A stretch of 64,000 nt of DNA from Deltaproteobacteria bacterium (lineage in GTDB: Bacteria; Myxococcota; Kuafuiibacteriia; Kuafuiibacteriales; Kuafuiibacteriaceae): positions 320,001 through 384,000 of the forward strand of contig JAVJQW010000050.1 of assembly GCA_040218735.1 (NCBI GenBank). Direction: 5' to 3'. A program made the position numbers and the translations under genes. The notes beneath the pieces are model-generated. The model saw nothing but the letters and a program-made list of their open reading frames with translations. It was not told the DNA's origin and did no database searches. Of this stretch, positions 56,314 to 64,000 are shown in pieces. Position 1 is the stretch's first letter; each line of letters begins with the position of its first letter.

Positions 56314-59300
56314 TCAGTTCACCGTCAGCGAGAGGCTCGCGGACCCGGTGGCCGGGCTCGTCTCCTCCAGCGGCACGTAGGTGACCCGCACGAAGTACGT
56401 CCCGGCGGCGAGCTGCTGCGAGCTGAACGTCGGACACGTGAGCGTCGTCGTCGGCTCGTGGACCTCCAGCGTCGCGCCGGCGGAGTCGATCAGCTCCGCG
56501 CGCACCGAGGTGCACGGCGACGTCGTCGCCGCGATCGTCCCCGCCGTCGCGAGGTCGACCTGCACGACGCGCGCAGCGTTACCGGACGCGAACGACAGCG
56601 CGTACGTCGCGCTCACGGTGGTCGTCCCCGTGAGCTCGAACTGACACGACGCGCAGCCGTCCTGCGTCGTGGTGTTGCCGTCGTCGCACTGCTCCGTCGC
56701 CGCCAGCTCCAGGATGCCGTTCCCGCAGGTCGGCATGATCGGCTGCACGTCGACGCGGTAGTCCCCCGTCTCGGTGCCGAGGTTGTTCCGCACCTGAACG
56801 TAGTACGTACCCGCGGCGAGGACCTGGGCGTACGTGTCCTCGACCGGATCGATGCGCGCGCAGCGGCCGGTGCCGGAGTTGTCGTCGCTCCCGAGCGTTG
56901 CGCCCGATGCGTCGTAGAGGAGCACCTCCGCGTCGACCATCCCGAGGTCCCCGCGGCAGGTCCCGTAGGGGTCGTAGGTGTCGACCGCGAGGCTCCACCC
57001 CGCGGGCACGGTGACCGAGTAGAAGTCGCCGTCGCCCGCCGGGTCGATGCGCCCCAGCGCGCGCACGTTCGCACCGAGGGCCTCGGCGTTCGTCAGCGGC
57101 GCGTTGGGCTCCGTCTCGATCAGACCTTCGAACTGACAGGTGGCGCTGCAACCGTCGCCGGGCGTGGTGTCGTGGTCGTCGCAGGTCTCCCCGGCCTCGA
57201 CGATTCCGTTGCCGCACCCGGGGGCGACGACCTCGACCTGCAGCTGGTACGACGCGATCGAGTTGCTCCGCGTGCCCTCCTCCACCACGAGGTAGTAGGT
57301 CCCGGCCGCGAGCGTCGCGAACGGATCGAAGAGCGGGTGGATCATCGAACAGGGATCGATGAGCGTCTGGTCGTTCTCGCCGAGCGGCACGAAGTTCTCG
57401 TCGTACAGCGTGAGGCGTGTGTCCGCTTCGCAATCCGGGCTCGCGGGTGCGTACGTGCGCGCGACGAGGAACGACGGCGAAGCGACGACGATTCGATAGA
57501 CGTCCTCCTCCGCCGACGAGGCGATCGACCCCGGGATCGTCTGCGCCGTGGGCGCCGTGAGCGTGGACAGGATCGTGACGTTGCGCTGGCAGGTCGAGCT
57601 GCACGCACCGGCCGGGCCGTTCGCGGCGCCGTCGTCGCACTGCTCCATCGCGCGCGCCTCGCGGATGCCGTTGCCACACGCGGGTGACGACGCGACCACG
57701 TTGATGTCGTAGGCCCCCGTGAGCCCCGGCGTGCCGGCGCTGACTCGGAAGTAATACGTGCCCGCCGCGAGGTCGGTCGCAAACGCGTCTTCCGCGGGGA
57801 CGATCGCCGAGCAGGCGCCGACCCCGTCGTCGTCGTCGCTCCCGAGCACCGTCACGCCGTCCGGCGCGATGAGCTCCAGGAAGGTGTCGGTCGCGCAACT
57901 CAGGTTGCTCGAGAGATCCGCGCGGAGGTTTCCGCCGTCGACGACGTCGACGCGGTAGAAGTCGACGTCCCCCACCGGATCGATCGTGCCGCTGGTGTTA
58001 CCGCCGCCCGCGAGGAACCCCACCGCGGTCATCGGCGTGTCGTTCGGCTCGATCTTCCCGACGGTGTCGGAGACCAACACGGACGCCGTCGCGGCGGACG
58101 CCGGGTTCGAGGCGATCAACTCGAAGAGCGTCGACTGCGTGATGGCCACGACGTGGGTCCCCGAGAGCTGCTGCGTATCGAACATCGCGTCCGGCACGCC
58201 GGAGAGCCGAAGCTCCACACGCGTCGCGTCGGTGGTCGCGTAGTCGATCGTGATGTTCGCCTGCTGATTGAAGGTCAACGGCGACACGTCGAACGAGTCG
58301 ATCGTCGGCCGCGGGTACGCGGTGATCGTCAGCGGGCGCGTCACCGTGCCCTCGGCGTTCGTGGCGCTCAGCTCGAGGTCGATCGTCGCGGCGTCCGCGG
58401 ACAGCGTGACCGCACCCGTCTCGACGTTCTTCGTGCTGTTGACCAGCGTCTGCGCGCCGCGCCGGAGCGTCACGGTGTCCGCCCCGAGCGTCACCCACGA
58501 CACGCGCACGTCAGCGTTCAGCAGGGCCGGGTTCGGGGAGGCCTGCAGCGACAGGATCGCGGGCGGCGAAGGGTTCACGGTCACGGTCGTCGACGCGGCG
58601 TCGTTCGCGGTCTGTCCCAGCGCGGTGAGCCGGTACTCGGTCGTGACCCCGGGCTGTACCTCCAGCGTGCCGCGCGGGTTGGACGTCGCGAGCAGCACGT
58701 TCCCGCCGACGTCGATCTCGATGCCGTTGCGGGCGCCGGTGACGTCCCAAGTGAGCGTGGAGACCTCGCCGATGTTCACCGTCGACGGCGAAGCCGTGAA
58801 GCTGCGGACCTCGGCCACCGCCGCGTTGTCGACGGCGATCTGTACGGACGCACGATCCAGCAGCCCGTCCGCGCCGTTCGCGGTGAGCGTATATTCGGTG
58901 GATTCCAATGGAGAGACCGTGATCTGGTCCGCGGCGTTCGTCGTCTGGATGACCTCGGCGCCGTTGTCGTCGCGGATCACCACGTTGGACGCGAACCGCA
59001 CCACCCACGACAGCGTCGCGCTGTCGCCTTCGTCGATCGAGTCGGGGTTCGCGACGAAGACGTCGATCGTCGGTCGCTCGACCACGACCGTGACCTCGCC
59101 CATCACCGGCCCGCCGACCCCCAGCGCGCTCAGCACGTAGGTCGTCGTGGACTCCGGGCTGACCTCGACGGAGCCCGTGGGCACCGCGATCTCCGCCTCC
59201 ACCACACCGCCCGCCGAAGTGCTGATGCTCCCGCCGGTCGCGGACGTGAGCCGCCACGACAGCGTGGTGGCCGACCCCGGCGCGACCGACTCGGGCATCG

Positions 59301-59676
59301 CGGTGAACGACTCGATCACCACCTCCCGGTTGAGATCGAGCGCGGTGACCTGCAGCTCGTCGCGCGCGACGAGGTCACCGCGCACCGCTTCGATCGTGAA
59401 GCGGCGCGTGCGCGTCACCGGCGGCGTGAGCACCGACCCCGTCGCGTCGGGGCTGCGCGAGACGAGGGTCTCATCGGGCTGAGCGACCACGGTGACGTGG
59501 TCCGCGCCGGTCACCTCCCACTCCAGGTTCACCGGTCGACCGCGCGCGACGCTCACCGCGGAGGCTTCGAACCGCACCACCGAGGGTGGCGGCTCGCTCT
59601 CACTGCACGCGACGCAGAGGAACACGGTAGCGGCACACGTACGCTGCAGGCGGTCCACGACGAACAGCCGTAGCAC
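56314..59676 (-). CDS. Surface lipoprotein with Ig-like repeats, PPC-like domains and Myxococcus Cys-rich repeats
   Basis: CVAC lipobox; about six F.A.P..(V/I)..G....L.W Ig-like repeats; EPND...D.D.Y PPC-like domains; three CGNGI.E...CDD repeats. Confidence 0.9.
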   Translation of the reverse strand: MLRLFVVDRLQRTCAATVFLCVACSESEPPPSVVRFEASAVSVARGRPVNLEWEVTGADHVTVVAQPDETLVSRSPDATGSVLTPPVTRTRRFTIEAVRGDLVARDELQVTALDLNREVVIESFTAMPESVAPGSATTLSWRLTSATGGSISTSAGGVVEAEIAVPTGSVEVSPESTTTYVLSALGVGGPVMGEVTVVVERPTIDVFVANPDSIDEGDSATLSWVVRFASNVVIRDDNGAEVIQTTNAADQITVSPLESTEYTLTANGADGLLDRASVQIAVDNAAVAEVRSFTASPSTVNIGEVSTLTWDVTGARNGIEIDVGGNVLLATSNPRGTLEVQPGVTTEYRLTALGQTANDAASTTVTVNPSPPAILSLQASPNPALLNADVRVSWVTLGADTVTLRRGAQTLVNSTKNVETGAVTLSADAATIDLELSATNAEGTVTRPLTITAYPRPTIDSFDVSPLTFNQQANITIDYATTDATRVELRLSGVPDAMFDTQQLSGTHVVAITQSTLFELIASNPASAATASVLVSDTVGKIEPNDTPMTAVGFLAGGGNTSGTIDPVGDVDFYRVDVVDGGNLRADLSSNLSCATDTFLELIAPDGVTVLGSDDDDGVGACSAIVPAEDAFATDLAAGTYYFRVSAGTPGLTGAYDINVVASSPACGNGIREARAMEQCDDGAANGPAGACSSTCQRNVTILSTLTAPTAQTIPGSIASSAEEDVYRIVVASPSFLVARTYAPASPDCEADTRLTLYDENFVPLGENDQTLIDPCSMIHPLFDPFATLAAGTYYLVVEEGTRSNSIASYQLQVEVVAPGCGNGIVEAGETCDDHDTTPGDGCSATCQFEGLIETEPNAPLTNAEALGANVRALGRIDPAGDGDFYSVTVPAGWSLAVDTYDPYGTCRGDLGMVDAEVLLYDASGATLGSDDNSGTGRCARIDPVEDTYAQVLAAGTYYVQVRNNLGTETGDYRVDVQPIMPTCGNGILELAATEQCDDGNTTTQDGCASCQFELTGTTTVSATYALSFASGNAARVVQVDLATAGTIAATTSPCTSVRAELIDSAGATLEVHEPTTTLTCPTFSSQQLAAGTYFVRVTYVPLEETSPATGSASLSLTVN

Positions 59677-59773
59677 TCATCCGCGTTGCCGAAAATGTGG
59701 TCAGCCGTGAACGCACCACTGTAGCCGCTGCTCCTCCATCGACACGATCTCCTACGCGTGCGAAATCCATCCC

Positions 59774-61434
<1,661 letters not shown>

Positions 61435-61438
<4 letters not shown>

Positions 61439-64000
61439 AGAAGTACCTCCCGCTCACCCTCCTCCTCTTCGCTGCGTGCACCTCGTCCGAGTCGCGCCTC
61501 GAGTGTTCGACGACCGAGGACTGCCTCGTCGACGGCTTCGTCTGCCTCGACGCGCAGTGCCTCCCCTGTGTCTCGGACACCGAGTGCCGCGGCGAATCCG
61601 AGTACGGCGCCGCGTCGACCTGCGGCGGCGGCGCGTGCTGCGTGACCGGCGACCCGAGCTGCGGGTGTTACGAGAACGCGACCTGCAACTGGCAGTCGAC
61701 GTGCGTGCGCGACGCGTGCACCGCCTGCCCCGCCGGCACCGAGAGTTGCCCGTGTAATGCGGAGCAAGGCTGCGTCGACGGATCGATGTGCCTCAACGGC
61801 GTGTGCGCGGCGGCGACCTGCGAAGCGGGGCGGGTCGACTGCCCGTGTACGATCGACGGCACCTGCGACGCCGGCTTCACGTGCAGCAACGAGCGCACCT
61901 GCGCGGCGTGTATCTCGGGGCGGAGCAACTGCCCTTGCAACGGCGACGGCACCTGCGACGCGTCGCTCACTTGCCGCGAAGGTCTGTGCGGTGCGTGTGA
62001 GGTCGGGCTGCGCGGCTGCGCGTGCGGCGACCGCGACGAATGCAGCGGCGACCTCACCTGCGCCGACGGCGTCTGCGTCCGACCGACGCGCACCTGCGCG
62101 GAGCTCGACTGCCTCGCCGAAGGCCGGCGCTGCGAAGGTGAGCCCTACGCGGTGTGCACCGACTGCGACGCCGAGAACAACTTCGTGCCGGACGGCCAAG
62201 GCCAGTGCGTGCAGCCGACCGGAGCGTGCACGTCGAGCGAGCAGTGCAAGGACGGTCGGGTGTGCCTCGCGCTCGCGGCGAACGGCCCTGCGACCTGCGT
62301 GCTCGCGCCCGCGTGCACCGTGCTCGACGCACCCGCCGGGGAGCTGGGCGCGGCGTGGAGCGTGGACGAGGAAGGCTGCGTCGACTGCCCGTCGTGCGCG
62401 GGCGTCCCGGGCAGCACCGGACGCATCTGGCCGACCACCGCCGGCACGCGCTGCATCTGCGAGACGGAGGAAGGTTTCTACTACGACACGTCGTTCGCGG
62501 CGCTCCAACCCAAACCGTGTGACCTCGACGACGACGGGTGGGTGCAGTTCCCGGCGCGGCAGTTCGTCCTCAACCAGGACCTCGCCCTGCGCGAGAACGC
62601 GCGCTGCGACGTGCGCTGGATCGATCGCTTCACGCTCCAGAACGAACGCGGCGAGCGGCGCGACGTCCGCATCCGCGAGCTCAACCTCGGCGTGGATCGC
62701 ATCGGCCTGTTCGAGAGTGTGATCACCGACGAACAAGCGCGCATCGACAGTAACCAGTTCATGCCGTCGTACGGTCGTGTGTTCCGCGCGGAGGAGCTCA
62801 ACCCCCTCACGAAGGCTTGTGTGACTTCGTCGGGTGACTTCAACGCAAACAACATCGCGGACATCGAAGAGAACCAGAACTCCGGCTCGACCGAAGCCTG
62901 GATGAACGCGTTCTGGCAGTTCAGCTACTTCGTCGAGCTGCACCGCGGTTGGTACGAGACCGACGCCGACGGCGGCGACGGCGCGTTCGTCGTCGCGGAG
63001 CGGCGGCGCTGCGACGGGGAGTTCCCGTTCGACTACGACGTCGCCTCCGACTACTGGCAGAACTGCACGCGCCGACGCCGCGCCGACTACGACCGCGCGC
63101 TGGATCAGTCGGGCTTCGACTTCGCGCGTTGGTCCTGCGCCGAGCCGACGGGCGCCTGCAGCGCGCCGTTCTCCACCTCCGTCACCGACGGCGACCTCGA
63201 CCCGGACTCGGGCGCGATCGTGAACGCGACCGTCGACGCCGACGGCGTCGCGGTCCACGACTACTGCGACGCCCCCGTCCCCGCCGACCCGTACGCGCAG
63301 TGGACCGGCATGGGGCACCACAGCCAGTTCTCGTGCGTCGCGTTCGTCGACGACCTCGCGTCCCCGCCCGTGACCCACGAACGACGCCGCGGGCTGCACC
63401 GGACCTCGTTCGCGGGTGCGTTCGACGCGAACCTCTGCCAACTCACCGCGCTGCAGGCGCCGGACATGAACGACACCGTGCAGGTGGGCGTCGACTGCCA
63501 GATCCCCGGCACCGCGACCGCGACCCTCACGCTCCCGAACGGCGCGGTCGGCTTCGCGGCGGCGCGGTACTCCACGACCCCGACCGACGACGACTACACA
63601 CTCGGCTGCATCAACGAGTGCCCGTTCTGGAAGGACATGTGCCCGGGCTACGACTTCAACTCGACGCTCAACATGGCGGGCTGTGAATCCCTCGACGATC
63701 AGTTTGGTCGCCTGGAGTGCAACGCCTGCCCGCGCGCTGGATCGCCGTGCCTCACCGACAACCTCGGCGCGTGCCGCGAGGGCACGTGGCGCTGCGTCGC
63801 GGACGTCGAGGTCTGCGAGCCGAACATCACCGTCGACCCGACGCGCCCCGACCCGGTCGGCGACGGCATCGACCTCAACTGCGACGGCTTCGACGGCGAC
63901 GCGACGGTGGGGATCTTCGTCTCCCCGTTCGCAGCGACCGGCGGCGACGGGACGCCAGCGCGCCCGCTCCGGGATCCGGTGAACGCGGTCCTCCGCGCGA
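61435..64000 (+). CDS. Large Cys-rich lipoprotein, 3' truncated by window end
   Basis: Not in ORF track because it has no stop in the window. GTG 61435 overlaps the OmpA stop and reads MKKYLPLTLLLFAAC; many CPC/CAC modules, ELNPLTKAC, and a MopE-like DGIDLNCDG near the end. Confidence 0.88.

Overview
A ~64 kb high-GC chromosomal window that looks myxobacterial (Myxococcota-like). Signs are a MYXO-CTERM tail, Myxococcus Cys-rich repeats, RCC1 and TSP3/OmpA surface proteins, and FHA/kinase proteins. Housekeeping genes: an orphan EF-G paralogue, deaD, lpxC, yebC-ruvC-ruvA-ruvB and a dusC-like gene. Many Cys-rich lipoproteins are interspersed. I found no rRNA, tRNA, CRISPR array or mobile element. 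The most striking locus is the minus-strand run at ~25.4-37.3 kb. An intact CysM plus a ubiquitin-like CysO/MoaD carrier ending GG-R sit among apparently dead enzymes: a CysK-like protein with Tyr at the PLP lysine, a JAB/Mec protease fused to an eroded ATP-sulfurylase fold, an FHA-pseudokinase, and a 2192-aa degenerate methyltransferase/coiled-coil protein. An orphan larE follows. A second signal is a nearly identical sigma28-like promoter (GCGCAAC-N14-GYCGATAACGA) ahead of two unlinked small orphan operons. All family assignments come from motif reading by eye, not database searches.
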